A stretch of DNA of 64,000 nt from positions 53,258,001 to 53,322,000 of the forward strand of contig OX597826.1 of the NCBI GenBank assembly GCA_951406725.2, given 5' to 3'. Origin of the DNA: Octopus vulgaris (Eukaryota). Position 1 is the stretch's first letter, and each line of letters opens with the position of its first letter. Under the pieces are notes generated by a model, which was not told the DNA's origin, made no database searches, and was given only the letters and a program-made list of their open reading frames with translations. Positions 28,513 to 43,300 of this stretch are shown piece by piece. A program made the position numbers and the translations under genes.

Positions 28513-28745
28513 TTTGAATACAGTGTATGCCAGAAGGTTTGCAAATCCAACGGAGGCCTCAAAAGGCATTTTAAGATCCACAAAGATCAGAACTTATCCG
28601 CAGCTCTTGGTGGTCCAAATTGGATGTGCAATCTATGTGGGTGTCTTTTCAGAACATTGGTTTAAAAAGCCACATCAGATGCCATGATGGTGTTAAGGTG
28701 TAGGTACAGGAGGTGGTCAAACTCTGCATAAGGAGTAGACAATCA
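28513..28745 (+). mobile_element. Decayed pair of C2H2-like zinc fingers, probably an RTE-type LINE ORF2 C-terminus
   Basis: FEYSVCQKVCKSNGGLKRHFKIH and WMCNLCGCLFRTLV/LKSHIRCH (frameshifted). No TGEKP linker and no splice sites noted. Confidence 0.55.
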
Positions 28746-29038
28746 CCATCGACTGATAGTTCTAATCAGTTTAATTTATTTTTTTTAAAAATTTTCTAAT
28801 AATATAAACTTTACTCTTTAACTTAACTCTTTAACGTGCACATACACATAGAAAGATATTCTTACATATACAGGGAGTTATATGCACGTCTACACATGTA
28901 CTAATATTCTTCTACATACACAGAAACACATACACACACACACATACATTAATTGTTTATGTTGTCTATTGTTCCATTGCTTCAGGGTAATCGTGAGGTA
29001 AATAGAAATACAATCCTCCCCCTCCTCTGTATATTTGA

Positions 29039-29072
<34 letters not shown>

Positions 29073-29077
29073 ATCTA

Positions 29078-29121
<44 letters not shown>

Positions 29122-29122
<1 letters not shown>

Positions 29123-29531
29123 GCGTAGGAGTGGCTGTGTGGTAAGTTGCTTGCTTACGAACCACATGGTTCCTGTTTCAGTCTCACTGCGTGGCACCTT
29201 GGGCAAGTGTCTTCTACTATAGCCTCGGGCCGACCAAAGCTTTGTGAGTGGAATTGGTAGACGGAAACTGAAAGAAGCCAGTTGTGTATATGTATTTATA
29301 TGCATGTGTATGTGTGTGTATGTTTGTGTGTCTGTGTTTGTCCCCCCAACATCGCTTGACAACCGATGCTGGTGTGTTTACGTCTCTGTAACTTAGCGGT
29401 TCGACAAAGGGGACCGATAGAATAAGTACTAGGCTTACAAAGAATAAGTCCTGTGGTCGATTTGCTCGACTAAAGGCGGTACTCCAGCATGGCCACAATG
29501 AAATGAGTGAAACAAGTAAAAGAGCAAGGAG
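29122..29531 (+). mobile_element. SINE family B, full-length copy
   Basis: High similarity to 39922-40340. Confidence 0.85.
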
Positions 29532-29546
29532 TATATATATATATTC

Positions 29547-29755
29547 AGCGAGCTGGCAGAAATGTTAGCACGCCGGACGAAATGCTTAGCGGTATTTCGT
29601 CTGCCGCTACGTTCTGAGTTCAAATTCCGCCGAGGTCGACTTTGCCTTTCATACTTTCGGGGTCGATAAATTAAGTACCAGTTACGAACTGGGGTCGATA
29701 TAATCGACTTAATCCGTTTGTCCTCTCTGTGTTTAGCCCCTTGTGGGTAGTAAAG

Positions 29756-29760
<5 letters not shown>
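29547..29760 (+). mobile_element. tRNA-derived SINE family A (central domain resembles the Nin/Deu domain), full-length representative
   Basis: GCGAGCTGGCAGAA...GAGTTCAAATTCCGCCGAGGTCGACTTTGCCTTTCAT...TAGCCCCTTGTGGGTAGTAAAGAAATA. Other copies at ~1-205, 4370-4540(-), 16530-16960(-), 20733-20925, 25390-25590(-), 31195-31760(-), 32765-33170(-), 34088-34300, 36568-36985, 51245-51720 and 61360-62125. Confidence 0.85.
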
Positions 29761-29792
<32 letters not shown>

Positions 29793-29822
29793 TAACCCTA
29801 AACCCTTAATTGCTTAGTATTA

Positions 29823-29875
<53 letters not shown>

Positions 29876-30060
29876 CAAAGAATCTGCATTGAATGAAACG
29901 TTATCAGTTGGCGAAATAATGTTACGTGTAATATTTCTACATTAGACGATGAGGATTCAGTTGTTCGCTCAGTTGAATTACCTTCTCTTGTATTAACTGC
30001 AAAAGGCTGAGTATTCTACAGGCACGTGTACCTTTAATTTTGAGGCAGAACCTCTTTATT

Positions 30061-30288
30061 ATTTCTTTATTGCCCACAAGAAGCTAAACATAGAGGGGAC
30101 AAACAAGGACAGACAAAGGGATTAAGTCGATTACATCGACCCCAGTGCGTAACTGGTACTTAATTTATCGACCCCGAAAGGATGAAAGGCAAAGTCGACC
30201 TCGGCGGAATTTGATCTCAGAACGTAGCGGTAGACGAAATACCGCTAAACATTTCGCCCGGCGTGCTTAACGTTTCTGCCAACTTGCC

Positions 30289-30289
<1 letters not shown>
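30061..30289 (-). mobile_element. SINE family A, near full-length copy
   Basis: Reverse complement of the 29547-29760 type sequence. Confidence 0.85.
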
Positions 30290-30323
<34 letters not shown>

Positions 30324-30403
30324 ATTTACAATTCTGTGTCCTTAAAGTATGAAATTATGTGTAGGTCAATCAAAGGATACAGAAAATGATAACCGCCTCA
30401 AAT

Positions 30404-30451
<48 letters not shown>

Positions 30452-33400
30452 GAGAGAGAGAGGGAGAGAGGGAGAGAGAATCCTGGGACTTCGTGTTTGT
30501 GAAACCAACTACTCAACTATTTGGCTATACTGCATCTACGGTGCAGCCATAAAAAAATATGAAAACATGTAAAAAGGTGTGGCTCGAACCTACATCACTT
30601 CGTTGACGATTTGTATAATTACCCGCAATAAAATTAAATTGCCTTTGTATTGCTATAATAACAAAATGGTGCTCTCCACCCTGTTGAGTCATCAGAACAC
30701 ATAACATACTATTATGCAGCCATATATTGCACGCTGTCGCGGGTGACTCATGAAATTGAATAAACTACAGTACTATATCTATCTATACCGTCATTAACAG
30801 AGTTTTAGCTCAATTGTGATGGATATTTCTCCCAATTGTAACACACCCTAATAACGGTTTATTATTATTCTTATTTTTAATTTATTCTATTTTGCAATTT
30901 ATGAACAATAGTGCCTTTGGTTACAAATTTCCCATAGATCATTCTTCCTTTCACTATAGCTACGGCAGCAAGAATGACAAAGGTGCACTTGTAAATCGGT
31001 GGAGAACAGACTTTGTTCGAAGAGCACTGGTTTTTCGCCTTAGTCACCGACAGGCAATAAAAATTGTATCATGCCACGATGGTCATGTCGTTAAAGATAA
31101 CTGCTGCAGATCTAGACGGAAGATCTGTAACTTTGAGGGAAGTGTGTTTGCCTACTATATCAATGTTCGTACTTTGTCTTATCGAGCCTCCAGAGCGATG
31201 AAGGGTATAGTTGACCACAGTGGGATTTGAACTCAGAACATTAAAAAAAAGTGAAAGAATTACAGGAAAGCATCTTTCCGGACACTCCAAAGATTTTACC
31301 AGCTTGCTGCCCTGATTATGATAATAATTTTTTCTAATCTTAGCGCAAGGCCAGTAATTTTAGGAGAAGGGTTAAGTTCATAACCTCGACCTCAGAGCTC
31401 AACTAATACTTACTTGATCGACACCGAAAGGACAAAAGGCAAGGTCACCTTCTGCGAAATTTGAACTAAAAAAAACTTAAAGAACCGGAAAAAAAATTGC
31501 TGCTAAGCATTTATTCGACTCTCTAACGATTTCGCCAGTTTGCCGCTCTTAACAATATTGATTTTTAGGTTTTGAGAAGAGAGGATAAGTTGGTACTATC
31601 GACACCAGTATTTATCTGTTACTTTATTTTAAAGCTCACAGGGAGATTAAAATGGCTAAGTTGACCTCGGTGGGATTTGAACTCAGGACGTAAAAAGCCA
31701 GAAGGAATACTGCCATGTATTTATTCCAAAGCTTTAGCGATTGCGACAGCACTCCATCTTCCATATGGTAACAAATAACGGCAAGAATGTTTACAGTCGC
31801 CACTTCTGTTCCACCTTTAAGTTATAGCTTCCTTTGTGAAACTGGACAATGCGGTGACTATATCACCCTACTTCCTATCCGGAGAAAACTATATTCAAGT
31901 ACTAAAACACGATCGTCGGTCAAGCGACAGACGACACTAGCTGTAACGAGAGAGAACAAATGCCGCTAAGCATCTCTCTCCGTCGCGCTAACGGTTATCC
32001 CAGCTCGCCACCTTAATGATAATTTCTAATTTAGGAGCAAAGGGGCAGAGATTAGTGGATACTATCGGCCGTAGGTTGATAAAATAAACTTGACTAATAC
32101 TTTATTTTATCAACCTCGGATGAACAAAATGCAGAATTCACGGCGAGTTTTGAACACAGTACATCATGAGTTCATAACAAATTCTGCAAAGTAATACATT
32201 TTTATGTTGTTTTCTGCTGCTGTAACGAATCTGCCAGCTTGCTTATCCAAAGGATTACTAGGATAATAATGACGACTATCGCGCATTAATTTTATAGCGA
32301 AACAAAACAGAATGCCACCAGAGAATTCCTGGCTGAAAGCAATGAATACATTTTGCTTTATTGTTCTTTTCCAATAATAATAACAAATTCTTTGCGTTCT
32401 TTGTTTCTTTTTGTCATTGTTTCTGTCTTTCTTTTCTTTCTAGATTTATATATATCAATATAATATATTTGTTATGTTTCTGTTGTTATTGGAGCAAATA
32501 CGTTTAATGGAATCATAAATTTAGATGAAGTAGCGGTATGTGCCAACCTTGTGATAGTGTAATGTATTGTTTCGTCGTGTGTTCTGCAGTAATGAACTGT
32601 GTGCTATAGCATATAAATTAATTATAAAGTATTCTGATTTACGGTTTAGTACTATGATGTACTGGAATAATACTGCACTTTAGTGTCATATAGTGTAAAC
32701 CTATTATATTTCAGAGCCAGTTAAGTTACTTAATGGAGTATTGTGTAGTATAATTTGTTTTTATTTTGGTACGAATCGAGCAATTTTTTGAGGTGATGGG
32801 TAAGTCGATTACATCGAGCCCAATGTTCAGCTGGTACTTATTTTATCGAACCGGAATGGTTGAAACGCTAAGTCGACCTTAGTGGCATTTGAACTCAGAG
32901 CGTAAAGTGCCTGAAGAAATGCTACTAGTAATTTCGTCCAGCGCATTAACGAATCTGCCCGCCCACGGACTTCGAAGTATGATTATTTCTACTATAGGGA
33001 CAAAACTTGAAATTTTGGTGGAGGGGTCAGTCGATTACATCGTACCCCAATGCTCAACGGGTACTTATTTTATTGGCCCTGAAAGAATGAAAGTTAAAGT
33101 CGACATCGACGGCATTTGAACTCAAAGCCGGCAGAAATGCTGTTAATCGTTTTATTCGGCACGCTACGATTTTGCAAGATGTAATGACATATAAGATAGC
33201 TATTTCCTTTCCTTTCATTTTTTTTTTTTTTTTTTGCTTTGCTTTTACTGACTGATACGGGAGGAAGGAGCAGTCTTCACTACCTTTGCAGGTCTTCTTT
33301 GACCGGTGAAATTGCAACAATTTACATTCCTCTTGAACACTTATAAACCAGCATCTTCGGAAAAGACATGAACAAGGATAGAATTTCAGAAGATAGACAT

Positions 33401-35299
33401 TTTGGGAAAGAACTAGACACAGTTATTAGTGCAGGGCAGAGACGTGGGTCAGGTTAGACACAGCAAAGACGTGCCCTCTTTTTCATCGGACGTAAATAAA
33501 ATATTTTTTAAGAAGATATTAATAGACCTAGTTAACCTTTTGACTGCATTATCAAATTTCATTATTATTCCCGTAATGATGTTAATTATCCACAAATGCA
33601 ATACTTTTTCACTATCTCCTGTACGTACGGTTTTCATTTCCACCACTAATAGTATTTGAATAAAGAGATATTCGATAAAATATGTGAAAAAAAGATTATG
33701 AAAATTTGGAATATTGCCTTTGTTGAAATGAGTCAGTAGGATGTCTCTGCTTCTCACAACATAAATAGAGTTTTGTTGTTGTTTTTTTTTTGCAAAGGCG
33801 TTGGGTAAAACCACTTTCCGCAGTTAATGGTAATAAGGTTTTGAACGGATAAATCCGGTTTCCACGTTCAAGAAGTTAAACAGATCAGTTTAGCTGTATC
33901 TGACGTTGTATACACTATAAATGGCTACAAGCGGTGTTTCCTTTTTGTTTTGTTTTTTTTTTATTTTATTTAGTTGTTAAACATGCATACACAAGGTTTT
34001 CTAGATGAAATCGGGTTTATCCTTTAATTGAAGAAATTCGAACAATGGTTACAGGCGTGGAATGCGAAATACTTTGCAAAGAAAGACCTCGCAGAATCGT
34101 TACAACGTCAGACAAAATGCCTAGCATCTTTTCCTCTGGCTCTTTACGTTCTACGTTCAAATGCTACCGAGGTCGACTTTGCTTTTTATTCTTTTATGGT
34201 TGATAAAATAAATACCAGTTGATAAAATAAGTACCAGTCACGTACTGGTATCGATGTAATCAACTTCCCCGTCCCCTCAAAATTGCTGGCCTTGTACCAA
34301 AGCTAGAAAGTAAAAAATTAATAGGGGTATTAACTTTAACCTAAACTAAACTAGTCAATTATTTCCACTGTATCTTTCTTTTTTAAAAATGTCGAGTAAA
34401 TTAAGGAAAGTTGGTTTCTATTTCTAGTAGATAAAACAACCGCAAAGAGGTCCCTTATTGGTTCATGTTTCGCGTAGTAGCAACATAATGTAAATTTTTG
34501 TGTAGTTATATCATCTTGTGAATATTAGTTTCTGCCGCATCACTTATTTCGGTGACTCACTATCCCCATGGGGTTTGTGTGGATTGTTACATTTAAAAAA
34601 TGGGATCGTCCTTCTATTTGACACCATAACAAGGCTCGAACAGTGCATTTTATCGGCGTGTCATTAGACTTCTTGTTGTTTTAGTAACAAGATGCAATTA
34701 TTTTTTAAATAAAAACGTGACGATGTCTATCGTTCTATCCAAACAAAGTGACTCACTTTCTTATATTTTTCCCACCAAAACTCAACAGTATGGGAAGTTG
34801 AGTAGCAGCTTGACATTATCTCGAATGGATTCTCAAGCTCGGTAAGTGTCATGCTGTGTGTTCAATCATAATGTATCTAATCTGGGAATATTTGTTTAAT
34901 AATCAAACCGCCAGAAGCGTACTTCTCTATTTTCTTGAGCCTACAATTAAATTCCAGTCTTATTTACATAGTTTGAACTATCTGTCTGGTTCTGTATGCT
35001 CAACCAATCCCTTGTTATTTCACCAAATAAAACTTAACGTTGATCGCATGAAGATGTCAGTTCCTTGTCACATGAGTTTTGGTTTGTATTTGGTAAATTG
35101 CAATTCATTTAATTTAATTGTTGTTAATGACCTTAATTAGTGTCCATCAATGTGTCCTGAAAACAACAACAACAACAAAAGAAAACGTATTTTAATCTAA
35201 GAGGAATAAGTGTGAAGTATTATGGGAAGTGAAGGAAAAGAAAGAGATAAAGGAAAAGTTTGAAAATAAAATTGCCATATTAACTGAAACTAATTACTA

Positions 35300-35432
35300 A
35301 TTTACTCCACCCATTCCTTCCTCCTAGAACGTCGCATCCACCTGGAATTCCTTCCCTGCTTATTCTTTTCTCGCAGGTGTTGACTTACAAAGGTTCAAAC
35401 GGAATATTAACAGCATCAATCTCATCGACCTA
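35300..35432 (+). mobile_element. LINE ORF2 extreme 3' remnant
   Basis: Frameshifted HSFLPRT..WNSLPA..F.AGVDLQRFKRNINSINL. Confidence 0.55.
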
Positions 35433-38400
35433 GTCTCGAGTACTTGCCCCATTCACCAGACAACAGAAGTAAAAATAAATAAATAAATAGATAAATAAAA
35501 GCTTAATTTACGTAGCAGCAACTTCTCTCCAATTCAAACACGTAAATATAAGTCTAACCGCCATTGCACGAAAATATAAAATCATATAAATATCATTAGG
35601 AATTGTATTTAAAACATTGTTAAAATAACTTGTGCATTATAGAAGTAAAATCAGTCTATTTATTATAAATTTTAACAACAAAATCTTTTATGGGCCACCA
35701 AGAGTCACGTGGACCCCCGTTGAGAACCCCTGGTCTAAAGAGAAGAGATACTCGACGATAACGAAACATAGCAGCGATCAGCATATTCTCGTTCAAATCT
35801 GCCAGAGTGTATTAAGAATAAATTGATACGCTATTGCTTAGATTCTCGCTGTTCTGCGTGAACCTCACAAATCATTAATAGTCCCTTAAAAAATATTTAA
35901 GCAAAAACAAAAAACAAGCTTTACTAACAAAAAATATGGTTAGTCCGTAAGGAGCATAGTGTCAGATTACCAGATTCTGTGGCATATATATATTCCCCAC
36001 TTCTGGACTAGACGCCGGTCCGTTGCGGGATTACTCATTTTTACCAACTGTCTGGACTAGAGTAATGTGATATAAAGTGTTTTGCTCAAGAACACAACGC
36101 ATCGCCAGGTCCAGTAATCGAAACCACAATCTTACGATCATGAGTTCAACACTCTAACCATTATGCCATGCGTTTCCAATGACATGTGGATGGCACTTAA
36201 CCCCTGATACCCTTCTCGGAGAAAAATTCCTCCGTTTTTGTTTGCAGTAGTTATTGTGTGGTGATCTATATGCCCTTAATGTAGTTTATAGCATACTCAT
36301 GAACAATTTACATTTTATCAGACATTTCAAAAGTAAAGTATTTTCTCAATCCTTTTAGAATTATACCCTGACCTATATATAGATTAGAAACTGTTGGTCT
36401 AAATCAGTCGTCTTATATTACGAGGTGAGATTTGAAAGCGGAACCATGAGCTCTAAAATTCGACCTATGATTTGAAATAAAGTTCTCGATACTGTTCAGA
36501 TTTAAACATAAATGTAGCTTAGGAACAGTAATAAACAAAAATGTCATTGATATTTCTTATGAATAAAGCGATGAGCAGGCGGAATAATTAATGCGCCGGA
36601 CAAAATACTTAGCAGCATTTCGCCGTCTTTACGTTATGAGTTTAAATTCCGCGGAGATCGAATTTGCCTGTCATCCTTTTGAGGTCGATAAAATCAGTAC
36701 CAGTTGAGCACTGGGGTTCATCATATCGACTTACTCCTTCCCACGAACTTGTTGGTTTTGTGCCAAAATTTGAAATCAGTATTTCTTGTAGAATCGTTAA
36801 CGCGCCGGACAAAATGCTTGGCAACATTTCGTTCGTCTTTACGTTATGAGTTTAAATTCCACGGAGGTCGACTTCGCCTTTCATCCTTTTGGGGTTGATA
36901 AAACAAACACTAGTTAAATGTTGGGGTCGATGTAATCAACTATATCCCTCTCCCGAAACTGCTGGTCTTGTGCCAAAATTTGAGACCAATATTTCTCGTG
37001 GAATGACAGAACCGGAAGAGTAACAAACAAAATGCATTGAATAGTCTCAGCCCCTATTGGCTTGAAATTCCGAATCCAAATCTCGTCGATTTTGCCAACC
37101 ATCTGCCAATGATCGATAAAATAGTACAAATATCATTTGAGTACTCAGGTCAAAATAATCGATTTACCCCTACATCATATTACTTTTAATTAATGCAGTT
37201 GGCTAAAATTTGTTTGGCGTTCCAGTTTTTCAAGGATTACATTTTATTTTGAATTCCTTGAATTCAAATGGTCTGCTTTCTAGCCCTCACCCCACAATCT
37301 TAAAATGTCCGCATGTTGTATTTGCAGGAAAATACTTCCTCATATGCACAGAGTAGAGTTAAACAGTATTTTTGTATCCACTCAGTGTTTGAAGTGTTAA
37401 ATACCAAGATATCTCGATAAATATGTTGAATACCAATAAATGGTAATTTTTTTTCCTGTACTGTCTCCTATATTTTAGTTTTTGTTCTTTGACCTGATCA
37501 CCCAAAATAAAAAGGATGAAATTGTCGAGTTAGTTTAGGCGTGTCTCAAAGACATGTAAACAAACTAAATTAAACAATAAGGGCAAATCAATAATTACAC
37601 TTAATACGTATTTATAACCAAACAAACCTACTATTTATCTTTCCTGCTACTTGACATCTTTATCGATAACTGACAGACGACAGATTGATATTAGGCGTAA
37701 GTGAGTAAAAATTATAGTTTAATCCAATGGATTTGAATATAAATTTATCAGCAAATGTAGGTGAGGGAAGCTATAATTTCTTTAATTAAAATTTAGAAAG
37801 ACTAATGGAAGAGGATGAATCATTTTTAATTTAACGAGAAATGTAGAACTAAATATCGGTTTTTAAATTTTGGCACAAGGACAGAAATTTGGGGTGAAGG
37901 GGTACCCAGTGCTCAAATCGTACTTATTTTATCGATCCCGAAAGGATGAAAGGTATAAATAGGCCCAGAGGGTAACGTAGAACTTAATATCAGCAAACGG
38001 AAGTAATAATGAATAGGCATGGCTGTGTGGTTAAAAAGCTCGCTATCTTATCACGTAGTTTCGGTTTCAGTTCCTCTGCTCGGCACCTCGGATAAATGTA
38101 TTCTACTACAGCTCTGGACCGACTTGTGTCTTGTGTGTGAATTTAGTTGTTGGAAACTACATTTGTGTTTGTGTTTGCTTTCTCATCACCGCCTGACAAC
38201 CGGTGTCAGTTTGTTCTCGTCCCCGTAACTTAGTGGTTTGGCCAAAGAAACCGATAGAATAAGTAGACGACTTTAAACAAATTAGTACTGGGGTTGATTT
38301 GTTCGATTAAGCTCGTTAAGGCGGTGCCCCAGCATGGCCGCAGTCTAATGACCGAAAAGAGTAAAAAAATATGTTTGAGAATCTTACCTCCATACTGAGT

Positions 38401-38624
38401 GTTGTGAATTTAACCCTATCGTTTAGTATTTGATATCAATTTTTTTCGCTGTAAATAAGATAGTTAAATATCCATGATAGGCTAGGCTTATATGTAAATA
38501 TTTTATTTCTTCTGTATGCTGTCAGCTTGTTGTCACTTTAAATAGCTGTGTTGTTACGAATGTTAGGAACCGGCTACTATGTTGTATATTATAGTGTAAG
38601 TGTGGATAGCAATTAACAGTAGCA

Positions 38625-38731
38625 ATTTCGTTGTTATAAACCTTTAATTCATTTCGTTGTTATAAACCTTTAATTCATTTCGTTGTTATAAACCTTTAAT
38701 TCATTTCGTTGCTATAAACCTTTAATTCATT
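38625..38731. repeat. 26-bp minisatellite, 4 copies
   Basis: ATTTCGTTGTTATAAACCTTTAATTC x4 with one substitution and no spacers. Confidence 0.95.
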
Positions 38732-39033
38732 GTCAACAAAGTCATGCGGAAAGAGACAATCTAGGTTAAATTAAGTTTTGCTGATGAGGTTTAATACGTT
38801 CCTAATACTAATAACTTTTAATTAATTTAAATTCTGTGAGTTGTCTCCTTTATCTTTCTTAACTAGAGTTAATCATTTAGATCAGTTGTCCTCAGTTGAT
38901 GTCCTTATGACCTTTAGGGGTCCATAAAATATTTTGTTGTTAAAACTTATGTGCTATAACTTACTTATATTTCTACAATATACAAACTATTTTAACAATT
39001 TCTTTTATGCAATTCCTAATATATTTAATTATA

Positions 39034-39599
39034 TTGGGTTGTCCGGAAAGTTCGTGCCGATTTATAGTAGCTTACCTTTCGACTTATTTTAGAACATGGT
39101 TGAGTCCATAAAATAGGATTTTACTACACCTCCATTTAGAGCACAGTTTAAACTATCTTTTCCTGGAAGATGGTTTATGTTCCTATAACCTGTGTTAATT
39201 CTGTAACCTTTTAAAATGGAAGATAAGAAAGTTCATTTTCGGCACTTGATGCTTTGGGAACCAGACAACAATTGCTGCAGCTCGGCTGGGATGTGTTACC
39301 CCACCCTCCATATTCACCAGATATTGCTCCTTCGGATTTCCACTTATTCAGGTCTCTGCAGAATAGTCGTAATGGTAAAAATTTCAATTCCTTGGATGAC
39401 TTAAAAAGATACCTTGATGAATTCTTTGCCATGAATCTACCTCAATTCTGGGAAGAGGGTATTTTCAAGTTAAAGGAAAGATGGAGACGCATTGTGCAAC
39501 AAAATTTTTCGTATTTGGTTGATTAAAAATGTAATGGCAAGTATTTATTGACCTTTTTCATTCCTTTAAAAATCGGCACGAACTTACCGGACAACCCAA
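39034..39599 (+). mobile_element. Internally deleted mariner transposon
   Basis: ~30-bp TIRs TTGGGTTGTCCGGAAAGTTCGTGCCGATTT / AAATCGGCACGAACTTACCGGACAACCCAA, with TA on both sides. The N-terminus MEDKKVHFRHLMLWE is joined out of frame to the C-terminus LGWDVLPHPPYSPDIAPSDFHLFRSLQN (mariner YSPDxAPxD motif). Confidence 0.95.
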
Positions 39600-39921
39600 T
39601 ATAAATATAAGATTTTTTTAAACATCGAATCGCTATGATGGTCACCCAACTAAAACAGGAACCAAATGGGTTCATAGGTAAAACATGGCTGAGATCCACT
39701 GATTTAAATAATGGTCCCCCCCCCCACCAATATGGTGTAATTTTAATAAATAAACATTTCTTGGTTCATTACTCCATGCATTGTTTATGCACTGCCCACC
39801 GACTGATTGTTATGAAGAGGGAATAGACTATTCTCACTACTGTGCACTCATTCACGTATTCTTTGGAACATTACTGACATCGAATACATAAGATGTATAA
39901 GAATATATAACTTATGATATA

Positions 39922-40340
39922 GGCGCAGGAGTGGCTGTGTGGTAAGTAGCTTGCTTACCAACCACATGGTTCCGGGTTCAGTCCCACTGTGTGGCACCAT
40001 GGGCAAGTGTCTTCTACTATAGCCTCGGGCAGACCAAAGCCGAGTGGATTTGGTAGACGGAAACTAAGAGAAGCCCGTCGTATATATGTATATGTGTATA
40101 TATATATATGTGTGTGTGGTTGTTTTTCTGTGTTTGTCCCCCCAACATCGCTTGACAACCGATACTGGTGTGTTTACGTCCCCGTAACTTAGCGGTTCGG
40201 CAAAAAAGAGACCGATAGAATAAGTACTAGGCTTACAAAGAATAAGTCCTGGGGTCGATTTGCTCGACTAAAGGCGGTGCTCCAGCATGGCCGCAGTCAA
40301 ATGACTGAAACAAGTAAAAGGGTAAAAGAGAAGAGAGAGT
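39922..40340 (+). mobile_element. tRNA-derived SINE family B (CORE-like segment, internal microsatellite), full-length representative
   Basis: GGCGCAGGAGTGGCTGTGTGGTAAG...GGTTCAGTCCC...TGGGCAAGTGTCTTC...(TA/TG)n...GACTGAAACAAGTAAAAG. Other copies at ~2320-2432(-), 10080-10555, 24443-24800, 38035-38365, 43066-43220(-), 54918-55250, 55555-55900(-) and 59445-59798. Confidence 0.85.
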
Positions 40341-43300
40341 ATATAAAATCGGATATAATTAGATACATAAGAATATATATCTTATGATAGATATAATTAG
40401 AACTTCTCCATCGATGATCAACGATAAAGATAATGTGGGTTGTGAATTCTTTTCATCAACTGCGAAGATCCATCTTCAAAAACTGTAGTATTTCTTTTAT
40501 ATTATTAGTAATTGCCTAAGGTTATATAATGCTAATAGCAATCATGCTTATGTTCTTCTTATTAGGGAGTCTTAGATGCAGTAGCGGCACCAGGTTAGGG
40601 CAATCACAGCCACAAGGATCGTCTAGTCTCGCAAAATTTAATCTTAATCTGACCCTGTACAAACACCATTCATTGCTTGTTGATTTTACTTTTGCAGACG
40701 TTACGCGTATTCGATGTATTTCCGTAACAGCCCTCGCTAATTTGTCGCTTTAGTACATTTATTCTATGCTATTTTTACAAACAGGAATCAGCAGATAAGT
40801 GCTGGAAATAATATCTTCCTTAGGCTTGCACTTTGTTTCCTGTTACATTTAATTTTGTGTAACGCTGATTAAGTTTTTTTCCGTATTTGTACATTCCATC
40901 ATTTTACACATGTACCAAGTAGAATCAATCATTTAATTGACCTCCGAGCATGGCACATTAACTTCACTGCGATCCTTTGTTTCACTCCGAATATCACCAT
41001 CGGTAAGACCATTTCTTTTACTGTAATCGTTATGAAGTTAATCTACTACACTTCTATAGCTCATTCTTGTATCGTTTATTTGCCATTATTATTTTTTTTA
41101 CAAGTATATATTTTGTAACTTGATGTGTTGTTATATCGTAGTTGCTGCCCTGCAGTGAATATACGTCTTGACCTCTTGTCATTTTGTTAATTTGAGGATT
41201 TCCGCGATTTCTTTGTTCATCAATTGTAGACAAATATGGCTGCCGTCGCTGTCCTTTCTCTCTCAGTTAAGATTTTCTACTTCAGCTTTCTGATTTATAT
41301 TGCTTTCTATTAGACGTATGGAGTAGATGCAGCAACGCCAGCCTCTGAATTCGAGTGAGATTTGATGTTACGGTAAAAAAACCCAAAAAAATGTGAAAAT
41401 TCTCGGTCAAAAACTGCTGTAATCACTATTTTTCTGAGTAGAAACGGCTAGCAACCCGACAGTTGATACTTCGTTAGAACTACGGTTCAAATTTTAGCCG
41501 GGACTCCTATCATATTGTATATTTCTGAACATTCTTTAGTACCTTTAGAAGAGTGAAGTTATCTACGTCACACTGTAAGATAAGATCGTCTGAATCAATC
41601 GGCTTCGATTAGTATTGAACTGTCGCAAAAAAAAAAAGAATAAATAAAATTTTAAAATTCAGTTTTACGTAAAGCTGTAGGCGAGATTATCGAAATAGTC
41701 GGCTAATTGAAGAACAAATTTCTTTAGTTTTTAATTCCTTTTTGAAATTTATGTCTGATGTAAAAATGTGTAATATAAAAAAATGTTATCAAATGTTGTC
41801 ATTTCCCGATCAAACATTTTCGCAGTTTTTGTTGTAACAACGCTATAGTGTTAGTTTTATTAGCTTAGTTTATTTGTTCTATGATTTTTTGATTTCTCGA
41901 GCAATTTGAATTTTTTTTTCTGGCAAAAAGCTTAGGTTTTACCTCTTCTGTCTCCTCCAAAATATTACCCGTACATCGTTTAATTCTTTCTTTTGTCTAT
42001 CATCTTTTGTATGTAGTTTTTCTCGTTTGGATAGTACATTGTATACGCAGAAGTTACCCGAAGTCCTGCTCTTTGGATCTTATCACCTCCATCGTAAACC
42101 ACCTCCACAATATACAAATTATGGCTTTATTTCGTAGCCGAATTAACTTTAAGTGACTTTGAGATGAGAAAGCGAAATTCCCTCATAAAAAATATTTGTT
42201 TATTTAATGATGTAATATAATAATAACGTTCGTTTATTTTCAATTAGGAAAGAGCACTATTAGATTTCTTAATGTGTCGAGCAACTGCGAGAGTAGGTAT
42301 TTTATCATTTTTCAAACAAGACATAACCTGTCAATTCTTTGTTGCCAATCCGTTATAAAATGGATATACAACTAAGAAAGAGGTCTAAGAGGTTTAGGAA
42401 GAAGAAAACATGGAGAAACAACCGCAAAACTCTTAATTTTTCTTAAATAAGTCATGTTTTAAAAATATACTTTTTTGGCTGAAATTTTAATCAGATATCA
42501 TTAAGAAATTACAATTTATTCATAATAACAATTATAGGTGCAACATCGATATTCTTCCCTGTGTTTGTGAAAATTTTGTATCTCTGCTGTAAGGCTTCAT
42601 TTCCACACACGCCAGCTGAATTCAATTTGTCCCCAGTCGAAAGACACCTGTTGTTATGTCCTGTTATTATTATTTTTATTGTATTTATATTGTATTTATA
42701 TTTGTGTAACATTGTCTGTTTTTCCGTCCTTGTTTTTGTATACAGTTGATGTTTTCTTCCAAGGAATCAAATGCTCTTAGCTTAGTTTTTCCTTGGGGCT
42801 GGCCAGATTGGATCAATCTCAAGATTAATCAGCCGAAATTGCGAGGATGATCTGGTTCTTGACTGAGGATAGAAAGCTTCGAATGACCCGTCCTTGTTTT
42901 TTTTGTATCGTCTATCTGGATGTTTCGTTGTCCCTTTTTGTATCACCTAGTTGTCCTGTTGTTTTGCGTTCTTGTCCCATTTTGTATTTTATATATATAT
43001 AGCGGCGTACGTACACTTTGTATGTATGTATGTATGTATGTATGTATGTATGTATGTATGTATGTTTGACGGGATTATTTCAGTTTCTGTCAGGCAAATC
43101 CATTCAGAAGGCTTTGATTGACCCGAGGTTATAGTAGAAAACATTTGCCCAAGGTGCCACGCAATGGGACTAAACCCGAAACACGTGGTTGCCAGGCGAG
43201 TTTCTTAGCTGCACAGCTATGTCAAATAACTAACAGTGTAGGAATTCCCTTCCTTAGATAAAGACCAGTTTCAGAATATATTTGATGATTAAAAATAGAC

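Noticed and set aside
28513-28687. Host C2H2 zinc-finger gene exon
   Set aside because: The first Cys is mutated, there is a frameshift, and there is no TGEKP linker. It fits a retroelement C-terminus better.
35560-35735. hAT-like terminal fragment (GTTGAGAACCCCTG); related sequence flanks the mariner at ~38880-39700
   Set aside because: Too decayed to define both ends or a TSD, so not listed as a feature.
38625-38731. Possible CRISPR-like array
   Set aside because: Head-to-tail 26-bp repeats with no spacers in eukaryotic DNA, so a minisatellite.
38781-38812. CTGATGAGG...CC motif
   Set aside because: No GAAA half and no helix I. Isolated CTGANGA matches at ~15294, 45359, 52354 and 61043 were rejected for the same reason.
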